In this document: positions 34,117 through 43,281 of the stretch, piece by piece
How positions within the stretch are numbered: the stretch's first letter is position 1
Layout of the letters: each line of letters starts with the position of its first letter
Source of the DNA: Paludibacteraceae bacterium
GTDB lineage: Bacteria > Bacteroidota > Bacteroidia > Bacteroidales > Paludibacteraceae
Reading direction: 5' to 3'
DNA: 64,000 nucleotides
Assembly (NCBI GenBank): GCA_017448985.1
Contig: JAFSKL010000010.1
Coordinates: forward strand, 20,250 to 84,249
The notes under the pieces: generated by a model
Databases searched by the model: none
What the model was told of the DNA's origin: nothing
Seen by the model: only the letters and a program-made list of their open reading frames with translations
Program-made: the position numbers and the translations under genes

Positions 34117-35958
34117 TTTAACAAAATTAACAATTCGTTCAACGGCAAAAGGTTGGCCTTGAATCTCGTTATACTGCTCAATGGGCAGGTCCGGGAAATT
34201 GGCGCGTAGATAAGCCGCAAACTGACCTGTATTGAGTTCGCAAACAACGATACGCTTGTACTGGCGAAGCACCTCGTGCGTGTTCTTCGGCAGCGGATGA
34301 ATATAATTGAACTGCACGAGATCGCATCCCAGTTCATTGGCCGCCGCATGCAAATGGCCTTCGGTACTACCCCAGCCCACTAATAGAACTTCGTTCTGAC
34401 CGTTAGCGCAAATCACTTTCAGCTCTGGGAGCCGGTCGGCCACCTGTGCTATCTTGCGTTGACGGGCACGAACCATCTGCTCGTGGTTTTCGGGATTGGT
34501 CGAGATAGTGCCCCGTTCGGCGTCACGCTCCAGACCTATGTTGCGGTGCTGATAGCCCTCCATACCCGGATACGCCCAATAGCGCACGCCGCGTTCATCC
34601 CGCAGCGCCGGATTATAGCGGTCCTTCAGTTCTTCGGGCACGGTCTGCGGATGAATCTCCGGCAGTTCGGCCAGCTGAGGGATACGCCAGAGAGCCGTTC
34701 CGTTAGCCAGATAGGTGTCGGTCAGCAGAATGACCGGCGTCATGTTCTCCAGCGCCAAACGGCAGGCTTCGTAGGCATAATCGAAGCAGTTGGCGGAAGT
34801 GGACGCGGCAATGACGACCGCCGGACACTCGCCGTTACGGCCGTAGAGCGCCTGCAGCAAGTCCGTCTGTTCGGTCTTGGTCGGCAGTCCCGTCGAAGGG
34901 CCTCCACGCTGCACATCGATCACCACTAACGGCAGTTCGGCCATCACCGCCAAGCCTACCGCCTCGGACTTGAGGCTCAGACCCGGACCGGAAGTGGAGG
35001 TACAAGCCAGGTCGCCGGCAAAAGCCGCACCGATCGCCGTACACACGCCCGCTATCTCGTCTTCGGCCTGCACGACCATCACATTCATATCCTTGCGCGC
35101 CGCCAGCTCATGCATGATATCCGTCGCAGGCGTGATGGGATACGACCCGAGGAAGAGGTGCTTGCCGCTCTTCTCCGCCGCCGCTATCAGGCCCCACGCA
35201 GTCGCTTTGTTGCCCGCGATAGAGGTATAGGTGCCGTGCGCCTCGTTCGGGTGACCGTCAAAATGAATCTGACTGACCGACAGGGCGAGGTTCTGGCCGT
35301 AGTTATAGCCATCAACCATCACCTTCGTGTTCGGAGCGATGAGCGCCGGTTTCTTCTTGAATTTGTCCTCCAACAGATGAATAGCCTCGTCCATAGGCTC
35401 GTCGAACAGCCAGCAGATGAGTCCGAGCGCAAACATATTGCGCGATTTGAGCATCGCTTTGTTGTCCAGCCCCGAGTCCTTGAGCGCCTCTTTGGTCAAG
35501 GTGGTCAGCGCTACCGGCACTATCTGTACCGACTCCGGGATACCCAGCTCCGTGAAGGGATTTTCGGTATGATACTGCGCTTTCTCCAGGTCCTTGTCGT
35601 TCAGCGAGTCGGTATCGACAATGACGATGGCGTGCCGGTGATAGAGCGCAAACTCGTCGTCAAAATGCGCTTGCGGATGATTGAAATGCGAGCCCAAGGT
35701 ACACACTTTGAGCGCCGCCGCATTCATCGCTACAATGACATCCGCCTTGTCGCCCGGTGTATAGACTTCGCTTCCCAACTCCACTTGGAAACCACTCACG
35801 CCGCCCAAAGTACCCTGCGGCGCACGAATCTCTGCCGGAAAATCCGGCAAGGTGGAGATCTCGTGACCTAAAATAGCACTCAGCGACGAGAACAAGTTTC
35901 CCGTGAGCTGCATGCCATCACCCGAGTCCCCACAAAATCGAACTACGATATTTTTCAT
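34102..35958 (-). CDS. korA: 2-oxoglutarate/2-oxoacid:ferredoxin oxidoreductase, alpha subunit
   Basis: MKNIVVRFCGDSGDGMQLTG start (ATG 35958, downstream of -7 box 35981-35988) and a pyruvate:ferredoxin-oxidoreductase core. Confidence 0.9.
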   Translation of the reverse strand: MKNIVVRFCGDSGDGMQLTGNLFSSLSAILGHEISTLPDFPAEIRAPQGTLGGVSGFQVELGSEVYTPGDKADVIVAMNAAALKVCTLGSHFNHPQAHFDDEFALYHRHAIVIVDTDSLNDKDLEKAQYHTENPFTELGIPESVQIVPVALTTLTKEALKDSGLDNKAMLKSRNMFALGLICWLFDEPMDEAIHLLEDKFKKKPALIAPNTKVMVDGYNYGQNLALSVSQIHFDGHPNEAHGTYTSIAGNKATAWGLIAAAEKSGKHLFLGSYPITPATDIMHELAARKDMNVMVVQAEDEIAGVCTAIGAAFAGDLACTSTSGPGLSLKSEAVGLAVMAELPLVVIDVQRGGPSTGLPTKTEQTDLLQALYGRNGECPAVVIAASTSANCFDYAYEACRLALENMTPVILLTDTYLANGTALWRIPQLAELPEIHPQTVPEELKDRYNPALRDERGVRYWAYPGMEGYQHRNIGLERDAERGTISTNPENHEQMVRARQRKIAQVADRLPELKVICANGQNEVLLVGWGSTEGHLHAAANELGCDLVQFNYIHPLPKNTHEVLRQYKRIVVCELNTGQFAAYLRANFPDLPIEQYNEIQGQPFAVERIVNFVKSLVG

Positions 35959-35980
35959 GTTAAATTTACAATTGTGGGCA

Positions 35981-36012
35981 CAAAGGTACAAAAAAATTTG
36001 CATATGTGCAAA
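35981..36012 (-). promoter_or_regulatory. korAB promoter (half of a divergent cassette)
   Basis: Minus strand: TTTG (36009-12), 20 nt spacer, TACCTTTG (35981-88). Confidence 0.65.
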
Positions 36013-36028
36013 AAAAATTGTAATTTTG
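35997..36028 (+). promoter_or_regulatory. Promoter of the unknown two-gene operon (half of a divergent cassette)
   Basis: TTTG (35997-36000), 20 nt spacer, TAATTTTG (36021-28). Confidence 0.65.
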
Positions 36029-36038
36029 CAGCCAAATT

Positions 36039-37409
36039 ATGAAAAAAGGACAATTATTAGCAATTTTATTGCTACTATTCGGGTTTAGCTGTATGGCGGA
36101 CGACAGTATTCCGCGCAGTTTTGTGCCGGAAGACCATCTGGCGTGGTTTGGTCTGCGAGGACCTGTCCAAGAGGTGCGTGAGTACGACTACGGCGACTAC
36201 GGCAAGACCGTTTGGCGCTTCGACAAGCAAGGCCGCCTCTTAGAGTATATCGCCTACGGCGTGCCGTTCACTACGGCCGGAGGCTGCGTCTTCGGGCTTT
36301 TCGACCATTACCGCTACGCCTACGACGAGAGCGGCAAGATTCAGTTCCTCGAGACCTACAATGCAGACAACAATGTCGTGGACGAATATGCGGACTTGAC
36401 GCTGGAGCTGTTCCCACCGCAATGCAAGGACGCGGACCTGTTCGGCAAGGCGGAGCCGGAGTTCGGCGACACCACTTCGTGTCTCGGCGTTTGGAAGGAC
36501 GACAAGGACGCACAACGGTACTACGGCCATCATTTTGACCTTTACGGCAATTGGATAGAACGGGTCAGCGCCGTGTTAGGCGATTCGATGCGCGCGGATG
36601 TGCGGGTACGCGAGATCGCGTATTATAAGGAGGTGGAAACGATTGGTCAGGAGGTTGGTGTGCGCAATGTGACCAACCAATGGGACGCGGACGGACGCCA
36701 TTGGGGCAACAGCTATGAGTTTGACCGCGAAGGCAACCTGACGCATTTCCGGAGCTGGGTCGATGAGGAAGAGTTGTATGTCTGGGAGCGCGGCGAAGCG
36801 GTTCCGAAAGACGGAGTGCCGGTCATGGGATACGAGCTCATCTCATGGGACTCCAACCCGAACGGCAAGCAGGAAGTGACCTACTGGGAAGAGCCGGTGA
36901 TGAGCCTCGAGCAGTTACCGGAAGGCTGCAACGAGAAGACGGCGTTCGGGCTTATCTTTGACTACAAAGGCTATGCGTTCGAAGGCCTGCTCTACCCGCT
37001 GCACGACGGCAAATGGATTGTGCTGTCGTACTGGTGCCTGGACGAGATGGACGGCATTTATATCGGCGAAGACGAAAACGGCGAGCCTATTCCTGCGGCT
37101 TCGCAATACAAAGACCCGTTTAAAGGCGTCAAATACCCGGTGATACAAACCGACTCCGTTTCTTGCGCCACGCGCAACTACGCCCGACAAACGATCAAAC
37201 TGTACAAGAACTCGAAAAGCAATATCGTCTATGACAAGCTCAGAGTTGAATGCAACGTCGATGTGCTGGACGCTGACCCTAAGACGCGACGAGTGCTCGT
37301 CCGCACTAATCCTAACGACTGGAGATGGCAGGAACAGCCATACGTCTCCGTCTATGGTTGGATGGACGAAGAGTGGATCTGCGCGAACCTAATGACCACC
37401 TGCCCATGA
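36039..37409 (+). CDS. Hypothetical lipoprotein with YD-repeat-like motifs
   Basis: MKKGQLLAILLLLFGFSCM lipobox. Recurring FDKQGRLLEY, YDESGKIQFLETY and FDREGNLTHF motifs. No confident family. Confidence 0.6.
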   Translation: MKKGQLLAILLLLFGFSCMADDSIPRSFVPEDHLAWFGLRGPVQEVREYDYGDYGKTVWRFDKQGRLLEYIAYGVPFTTAGGCVFGLFDHYRYAYDESGKIQFLETYNADNNVVDEYADLTLELFPPQCKDADLFGKAEPEFGDTTSCLGVWKDDKDAQRYYGHHFDLYGNWIERVSAVLGDSMRADVRVREIAYYKEVETIGQEVGVRNVTNQWDADGRHWGNSYEFDREGNLTHFRSWVDEEELYVWERGEAVPKDGVPVMGYELISWDSNPNGKQEVTYWEEPVMSLEQLPEGCNEKTAFGLIFDYKGYAFEGLLYPLHDGKWIVLSYWCLDEMDGIYIGEDENGEPIPAASQYKDPFKGVKYPVIQTDSVSCATRNYARQTIKLYKNSKSNIVYDKLRVECNVDVLDADPKTRRVLVRTNPNDWRWQEQPYVSVYGWMDEEWICANLMTTCP

Positions 37410-39016
37410 TCACCATCCTCTTCATCATAGTGTGCGTGGCGGCTATTCTCCTCTACGGCGAGAAGCAAAAAGAGAAAAAGCAGCAAAAGCCTGAGCCTCC
37501 GAAAACTCTTGAACAGCCGAAAACTCCGAAAATGCCCTCCAATGTGATCTGGGAGGATTCGTCTCGTCGGCTCTCTTTTGAGCCGGACGGACTGACCTTG
37601 CGCTACCACGGAAGCACCTACCGTTTCTCGGGAGACGGACATGAACCCATGGTAATCATTCTGAAGGCAGGCGAGGCGGTGGCCTATATCCATAACGCGT
37701 TTGATATGGAGTATGAATGCGGGCAGTTCCGCAAGAACCCGAACTATAAGTGCACAACGATCACCGGCAGAAACCACGATGCCAAGCATTTCTGCCTGTT
37801 GCTGACAACAGCTATCGACGACGGCTACGAATGGCAGATTGACGACTTGGAGCGCGTAGTGGACGAGAAGACGCGCTTTGCGACGCGCGAGGTATGGTAC
37901 CGTAAAGACGGCATTGAGTTCGGCCGTTACGGCGACGAGGAAGGCGGTCAGGAGCAGTACCACTACGAGCACGAGATCTTGTACATCATCGTAGATGGGC
38001 ATAAATACATCCTCAACGACAATGTGAATGAGCCGAACGCCTTGTATCTGTTCTACCCGGGCGGCTACGGTCGCAGACACGCAGTCTTGCGTATCCACGG
38101 AACGAATGGCGCGGTATTGGCGGCATATGCCGACGACTGGAAAAGCGGAAAGCCGTTTACTCCGTTCGGTTTTCCTTGCGACACCAGGACTTTCTGCGAG
38201 ATGCTCGCTTACGCCCTCCGTTCCGGCAAAAAAGATTTCAACCTCCGCGAACTGGAAAAAGCTTTCACACACAAAGACGAACCCCGAAAGGACAAGGGAA
38301 TAACTATCTACGAAGATGATGAAGCCCGCCTCTATTTAGAAGATGAGATAGCGCGGCTAAGATATAAGGGCAGGGTGTATGATTTCGGTTATGACGGACG
38401 GGAACCGTTTGCTACGATCGACAGTTACAGCCTCCATGTCGTCATCCGGCAGGGGGAGAATGTGGATGCAGCGTGCCGCTATTTCCAAAAGAATCCGAAG
38501 GGTACAATCCAAACAATTACGGGACGCGAATTGGATGCAGCGCATTTCTGCAAACTGCTTTGTGCAGCTGTTGCGCACGACCACGGGCAGGACAGCGATA
38601 TGGAGTTTTATATAGATGAACTTGAGCGCAAAGCTTTTGAATTGGAAGACTATCAAGTCCGCCGTAAGAAGATGGATGAGGAGTCTGCCCGAAAGGAAGG
38701 CGAAACCCTTCATATGGTTTATACGCGCGGAAGTGTCTGTGCTGCAGACGATTATATCAACAAGGAGCTACGGATCGATTGGGCAGATTATGCCACATTG
38801 GAGGACCTCATCCGTTATATCTGCAACTATAATGAAGATGGCGGTTTTGCCGCTATCCCTTACACCGGCGGCGATGCTCGATGGACCATTATGGCCGATG
38901 ACAAAGAGTTGGCGGAAGTGGGTGACAATGGTCGTATTATCTCCTTCTGCGGCAACGACCCGCGCACACCGTTACGAGACCTAAAAATCAGCAAACTGCA
39001 CGGAAAAAGACAATAA
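37406..39016 (+). CDS. Hypothetical membrane-anchored protein with an internally duplicated ~105-aa domain
   Basis: Start ATG 37406 overlaps the previous stop (ATGA). One N-terminal TM helix, then a Lys/Pro-rich linker. The pattern LRY.G..Y.F..DG.EP...F.KNP....TITGR..DA.HFC.LL...IDxLER occurs twice. Confidence 0.6.
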   Translation: MITILFIIVCVAAILLYGEKQKEKKQQKPEPPKTLEQPKTPKMPSNVIWEDSSRRLSFEPDGLTLRYHGSTYRFSGDGHEPMVIILKAGEAVAYIHNAFDMEYECGQFRKNPNYKCTTITGRNHDAKHFCLLLTTAIDDGYEWQIDDLERVVDEKTRFATREVWYRKDGIEFGRYGDEEGGQEQYHYEHEILYIIVDGHKYILNDNVNEPNALYLFYPGGYGRRHAVLRIHGTNGAVLAAYADDWKSGKPFTPFGFPCDTRTFCEMLAYALRSGKKDFNLRELEKAFTHKDEPRKDKGITIYEDDEARLYLEDEIARLRYKGRVYDFGYDGREPFATIDSYSLHVVIRQGENVDAACRYFQKNPKGTIQTITGRELDAAHFCKLLCAAVAHDHGQDSDMEFYIDELERKAFELEDYQVRRKKMDEESARKEGETLHMVYTRGSVCAADDYINKELRIDWADYATLEDLIRYICNYNEDGGFAAIPYTGGDARWTIMADDKELAEVGDNGRIISFCGNDPRTPLRDLKISKLHGKRQ

Positions 39017-39017
39017 A

Positions 39018-39049
39018 TTTGCACATATCGATTTTTTTTTGTAATTTTG
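39018..39049 (+). promoter_or_regulatory. pheT promoter
   Basis: TTTGCACATAT, 20 nt spacer, TAATTTTG. Followed by a ~210-nt leader. Confidence 0.6.
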
Positions 39050-39194
39050 CACGCGATTTTGAAATTGAGGATCCCGCAAGGGTTTAAAGGTAATTAAAAG
39101 GCACTCTTTTCGAGGTTTAATGCTGTTCAGAATTTAATTGAGCCCATATGCAACATCCTAACTTGTAGGAAAAAGCGGAGAAAAGACGTTACAG

Positions 39195-39238
39195 TGATGT
39201 CCGTAATGGTCGCGAGATGGTCGCGACAATGACCGCTA
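39195..39238. repeat. 11-mer array x4 in the pheT leader
   Basis: TGATGTCCGTA ATGGTCGCGAG ATGGTCGCGAC AATGACCGCTA. Confidence 0.7.
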
Positions 39239-39263
39239 AAAGAAAACAATAACAAAGAACACA

Positions 39264-41747
39264 ATGAATATATCGTACAATTGGTTAAAACGCTATATCG
39301 CTTTGCCCGATGAAGCAGAGCAAGTAGCAAAAATTCTTACTTCCATCGGTTTGGAAGTAGGCACAGTGGAAACCGTAGAGTCGATCCGCGGCGGGTTGAA
39401 AGGCCTCGTAGTAGGCGAAGTGCTGACCTGTGTACCCCACCCTAATTCGGACCACTTACATCTGACGACCGTTAACATCGGTGAGCCAAAGCCCATCCAG
39501 ATCGTTTGCGGAGCACCCAATGTGGCAGCAGGACAGAAAGTGATTGTGGCTACTATCGGAACCGTACTCTATGACGGCGACCAGTCGTTTACCATCAAGA
39601 AAGGCAAGCTGCGCGGCGAGGACAGCTGCGGAATGATCTGCGCAGAAGACGAGATAAGCGTCGGCACGGACCATGCGGGTATCATCGTACTGCCTGCCGA
39701 CACGCCCGTCGGAATGAAAGCTGCCGACTATTACCACATAGAGAACGACACGATCATCGAGGTCGATATCACGCCCAACCGCTCGGATGCCGCTTCGCAC
39801 TATGGCGTAGCGCGCGACCTGTACGCCTATTATCAGGTACACGGGCAGAAAGTGGCATTGACCAAACCTTCGGTCGAAGCCTTCCAAATCGACAGCAACG
39901 ACCTGCCGATTAGCGTCTCGATCGATGCGCCGGAAGCGTGTCCGCGTTATACGGGCGTGAGCATCCAAGGCGTAGAGATCAAAGAGTCGCCGGAGTGGCT
40001 CAAGAACAGCCTCACGGCCATTGGTCTGCGGCCCATCAACAATGTGGTCGATGTGACGAACTTCGTACTGCACGAGTGCGGACAAGCCCTGCACGCTTTT
40101 GATGCCGACAAGATAAAAGGCCACGAGATACATGTGCGTTTGGCCCACAAGGGCGAGAAATTCGTCACCTTGGACGGCGTAGAACGCGAGATGAACGAAC
40201 GCGACCTGATGATAGCCAATGCCGACGAAGCCATGTGTATAGCCGGTGTCTTCGGCGGTCTGGAGAGCGGCGTGACCGAGAACACAAAGAATGTGTTCCT
40301 CGAGAGTGCCTATTTCGATCCTGTCTTCATCCGCAAGACCAGCCGTCGGCATCAGTTACAGACCGATGCATCGTTCCGTTTCGAGCGTGGTACGGATCCC
40401 AACAACACACCCTATGTGCTCAAACGCGCAGCCCTGCTCATTCAGGAAGTGGCAGGAGGAAAAGTCAGCATGGACATCACCGACCAGGGACAGACATCCT
40501 TCGCCCCCTGGCCTGTGACCATCGACATCCAGCGCGTCAACTCGCTGATAGGTAAAGCCATTGGTGAAGATACGATAGAGACCATTCTCACCGCTCTTGA
40601 GATCAAGATCGTTGAGAAATTGGAAAATGGACAATGGAAAATTGAAGTACCCCGTTACCGCGTGGATGTACAGCGTGAGTGCGATGTGGTAGAGGACATC
40701 CTGCGGCTCTACGGCTACGACAATGTGGAGTTCCCTGAGAAACTGAACACGAGTCTTGCCTACGGCATCAAGCCCAATCCCGAACAGTTGCGTCGCCGCA
40801 TAGCCGAACAACTGACGGCACAGGGCTTCAACGAGATACTCAACAACTCGCTGACCAAAGTGTCGTACTACGAGCCGCTCCAACAACTGCCCCTGGCCAA
40901 CTGCGTTCGGATCATGAATCCGCTCAGTCAGGACCTCGGCGTGATGCGTCAGACATTGCTTTTCGGCGGACTCGAATCGATAGCCCGTAACGCCAACCGC
41001 AAGAACAGCGACCTCAAGTTCTACGAGTTCGGAAACTGCTATCACTATGATAAGTTGAAAGTTGAAAGTTTAAAGTTGAAAGGACTCGATGCCGATCCGT
41101 TGGCTGCATACTCCGAAGAGCCGCATTTCGGCTTGTGGCTGACCGGTAACAAGACCGCACAGAGTTGGGTACTGCGCGAAGAGAAGACGACCTTCTACCA
41201 ACTGCGCGCATATGTGAACAATGTGCTCGCTCGCTTGGGCGTGAACCTCGACAAAGTGACCGTAGAGCGTCTGGAGAACGAGTTGTTCTCGGATGGTCTG
41301 GTACTCAAAGCCGCTAACGGCAAAGCGCTCGGCTACATCGGCATCGTGGCGCGCAATGTGCTCAAGACATTCGACATCGACCAGGAGGTCTATTACGCCG
41401 ACCTCGACTGGAACCAGCTACTCAAGCAGAACAAACAGTTCAAGGCCGTCATCAGCGACCTGCCCAAGTATCCGGAAGTGAAGCGAGACTTTGCGCTGCT
41501 CGTCGACAAGAGCATCGAGTTCGCGGACCTCGCGCGCGCTGCTTTCGAGACCGAACGCAAACTGCTCAAGAATGTCTATCTGTTCGATGTCTATGAGGGC
41601 AAGAACCTCGAGGCTGGCAAGAAGAGCTATGCGTTGTCGTTCATCCTGCAAGATGCGGAGAACACGCTCAAAGACACACAGATAGAGAACATCATGAACC
41701 GCCTGAAGGCGACCTTCGAACAGAAATTCAATGCTACCCTCCGCTGA
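39264..41747 (+). CDS. pheT: Phenylalanine--tRNA ligase beta subunit
   Basis: MNISYNWLKRYI start, tRNA-binding domain, B3/4 and B5 domains, C-terminal FDVYEGK..SYALSF. Two in-frame heptamer arrays. Confidence 0.95.
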   Translation: MNISYNWLKRYIALPDEAEQVAKILTSIGLEVGTVETVESIRGGLKGLVVGEVLTCVPHPNSDHLHLTTVNIGEPKPIQIVCGAPNVAAGQKVIVATIGTVLYDGDQSFTIKKGKLRGEDSCGMICAEDEISVGTDHAGIIVLPADTPVGMKAADYYHIENDTIIEVDITPNRSDAASHYGVARDLYAYYQVHGQKVALTKPSVEAFQIDSNDLPISVSIDAPEACPRYTGVSIQGVEIKESPEWLKNSLTAIGLRPINNVVDVTNFVLHECGQALHAFDADKIKGHEIHVRLAHKGEKFVTLDGVEREMNERDLMIANADEAMCIAGVFGGLESGVTENTKNVFLESAYFDPVFIRKTSRRHQLQTDASFRFERGTDPNNTPYVLKRAALLIQEVAGGKVSMDITDQGQTSFAPWPVTIDIQRVNSLIGKAIGEDTIETILTALEIKIVEKLENGQWKIEVPRYRVDVQRECDVVEDILRLYGYDNVEFPEKLNTSLAYGIKPNPEQLRRRIAEQLTAQGFNEILNNSLTKVSYYEPLQQLPLANCVRIMNPLSQDLGVMRQTLLFGGLESIARNANRKNSDLKFYEFGNCYHYDKLKVESLKLKGLDADPLAAYSEEPHFGLWLTGNKTAQSWVLREEKTTFYQLRAYVNNVLARLGVNLDKVTVERLENELFSDGLVLKAANGKALGYIGIVARNVLKTFDIDQEVYYADLDWNQLLKQNKQFKAVISDLPKYPEVKRDFALLVDKSIEFADLARAAFETERKLLKNVYLFDVYEGKNLEAGKKSYALSFILQDAENTLKDTQIENIMNRLKATFEQKFNATLR
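40612..40647. repeat. Heptamer array inside pheT
   Basis: GAGAAATT GGAAAAT GGACAAT GGAAAAT TGAAGTA. Encodes EKLENGQWKIEV. Confidence 0.85.
41054..41081. repeat. Heptamer array x4 inside pheT
   Basis: GTTGAAA GTTGAAA GTTTAAA GTTGAAA. Encodes KLKVESLKLK. Confidence 0.9.
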
Positions 41748-43227
41748 TCAAAACGAGATATTGCGTCGCCGCACTTTTGCCATCATCTCGCACCCCGATG
41801 CGGGAAAGACAACGCTGACCGAGAAACTGCTGCTGTACGGCGGGGCTATTCATGTGGCAGGCGCCGTCAAATCGAACAAGATACGCAAGACGGCTACCTC
41901 CGACTGGATGGAGATAGAGAAGCAACGCGGTATCTCCGTTGCGACATCCGTCATGGGCTTCGACTACCAAGACTACCACATCAACATCCTCGACACGCCT
42001 GGACACCAGGACTTTGCGGAAGACACTTTCCGTACATTGACGGCTGTCGACAGTGCCATCGTGGTAATCGACTCCGCCAAGGGTGTCGAGACGCAGACAC
42101 GCCGTCTGATGGAAGTCTGCCGGATGCGCAAGACACCCGTCATGGTGTTTATGAACAAGATGGACCGTGAAGGCAAGGACCCGTTCGACCTGATGGACGA
42201 AGCGGAACGCGAACTCGGTATCCATTGTACACCGGTCACATGGGCCAACGGACAGGGACTCAAGTTCGAGTCGGTCTTTGCGCTTAACAACAGGCCTGCC
42301 CAATTGAGCGCCAAGCAGCAAGAGGACCTCGAGATGATAGACGGCGTCTATCCGGAGTTTGACAAAGAGGCGTATTTGCGTGGCGACTTGGCACCCGTGT
42401 TCTTCGGCTCAGCTTACAAGACCATAGGCGTGCAGGAGCTGCTCGACTTCTTCGTCAAGAATGCCCCGAGTCCGCGACCCGTGATGGCCGAAGAGCGCGA
42501 AGTGGAGCCAATGGAGGACAAGTTCAACGCCTTCTGCTTCAAGATTCACGCGAACATGGACCCGAACCACCGGTCGTGTATCGCGTTCTTCAAGATATGC
42601 TCCGGCAAGTTCCTCCGCAACACCTATTATTACCATGTTCGTAAGGACCAGCAGATGCGTTTTGCGGCACCGACTTGCTTCATGGCGCAGAAGAAAGAGA
42701 CCGTCGATGAGGCTTTTGCGGGCGACATAGTGGGTCTGCCCGACACCGGCAACTTCAAGATAGGCGACACGCTGACGAGCGGAGAGAAACTGCATTTCAA
42801 AGGCCTGCCCTCTTTCTCGCCGGAGATGTTCAAATACATCGACAACGCCGATCCCATGAAGCAGAAACAGTTGGAGAAAGGTGTAAACCAACTGATGGAT
42901 GAAGGCGTGGCGCAGCTGTTCGTCAGCCAGATGAACGGACGCAAAATCATCGGTACCGTAGGCCAGCTGCAGTTCGAGGTCATTCAGTACCGCCTCGAAC
43001 ATGAATATCAGGCCAAGTGCAAATGGCAACCTCTGCAGATGTACAAAGCCTGCTGGATAGAGTCCGACGATGCTGCCGAACTGGACACATTCAAGAAGCG
43101 CAAAGCGCAATACATGGCCTTCGACAAAGAGGGACGAGATGTGTTCATGGCCGACAGCGCCTATGTGCTTTCGATGGCCCAGCAGGACTACAAGCATATC
43201 AAATTCCATTTCACGAGTGAATTTTGA
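41731..43227 (+). CDS. prfC: Peptide chain release factor 3
   Basis: RRRTFAIISHPDAGKTTLTEKLLL, DTPGHQDF and NKMD motifs. Overlaps the pheT end by 17 nt. Confidence 0.9.
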   Translation: MLPSADQNEILRRRTFAIISHPDAGKTTLTEKLLLYGGAIHVAGAVKSNKIRKTATSDWMEIEKQRGISVATSVMGFDYQDYHINILDTPGHQDFAEDTFRTLTAVDSAIVVIDSAKGVETQTRRLMEVCRMRKTPVMVFMNKMDREGKDPFDLMDEAERELGIHCTPVTWANGQGLKFESVFALNNRPAQLSAKQQEDLEMIDGVYPEFDKEAYLRGDLAPVFFGSAYKTIGVQELLDFFVKNAPSPRPVMAEEREVEPMEDKFNAFCFKIHANMDPNHRSCIAFFKICSGKFLRNTYYYHVRKDQQMRFAAPTCFMAQKKETVDEAFAGDIVGLPDTGNFKIGDTLTSGEKLHFKGLPSFSPEMFKYIDNADPMKQKQLEKGVNQLMDEGVAQLFVSQMNGRKIIGTVGQLQFEVIQYRLEHEYQAKCKWQPLQMYKACWIESDDAAELDTFKKRKAQYMAFDKEGRDVFMADSAYVLSMAQQDYKHIKFHFTSEF

Positions 43228-43232
43228 CGGGA

Positions 43233-43264
43233 TTCCGGTATCCCGGTATAACGGTAAAACGACA
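43233..43264. repeat. Degenerate 8-mer array x4 after prfC
   Basis: TTCCGGTA TCCCGGTA TAACGGTA AAACGACA. Confidence 0.6.
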
Positions 43265-43281
43265 TTAAAAATATATATATT

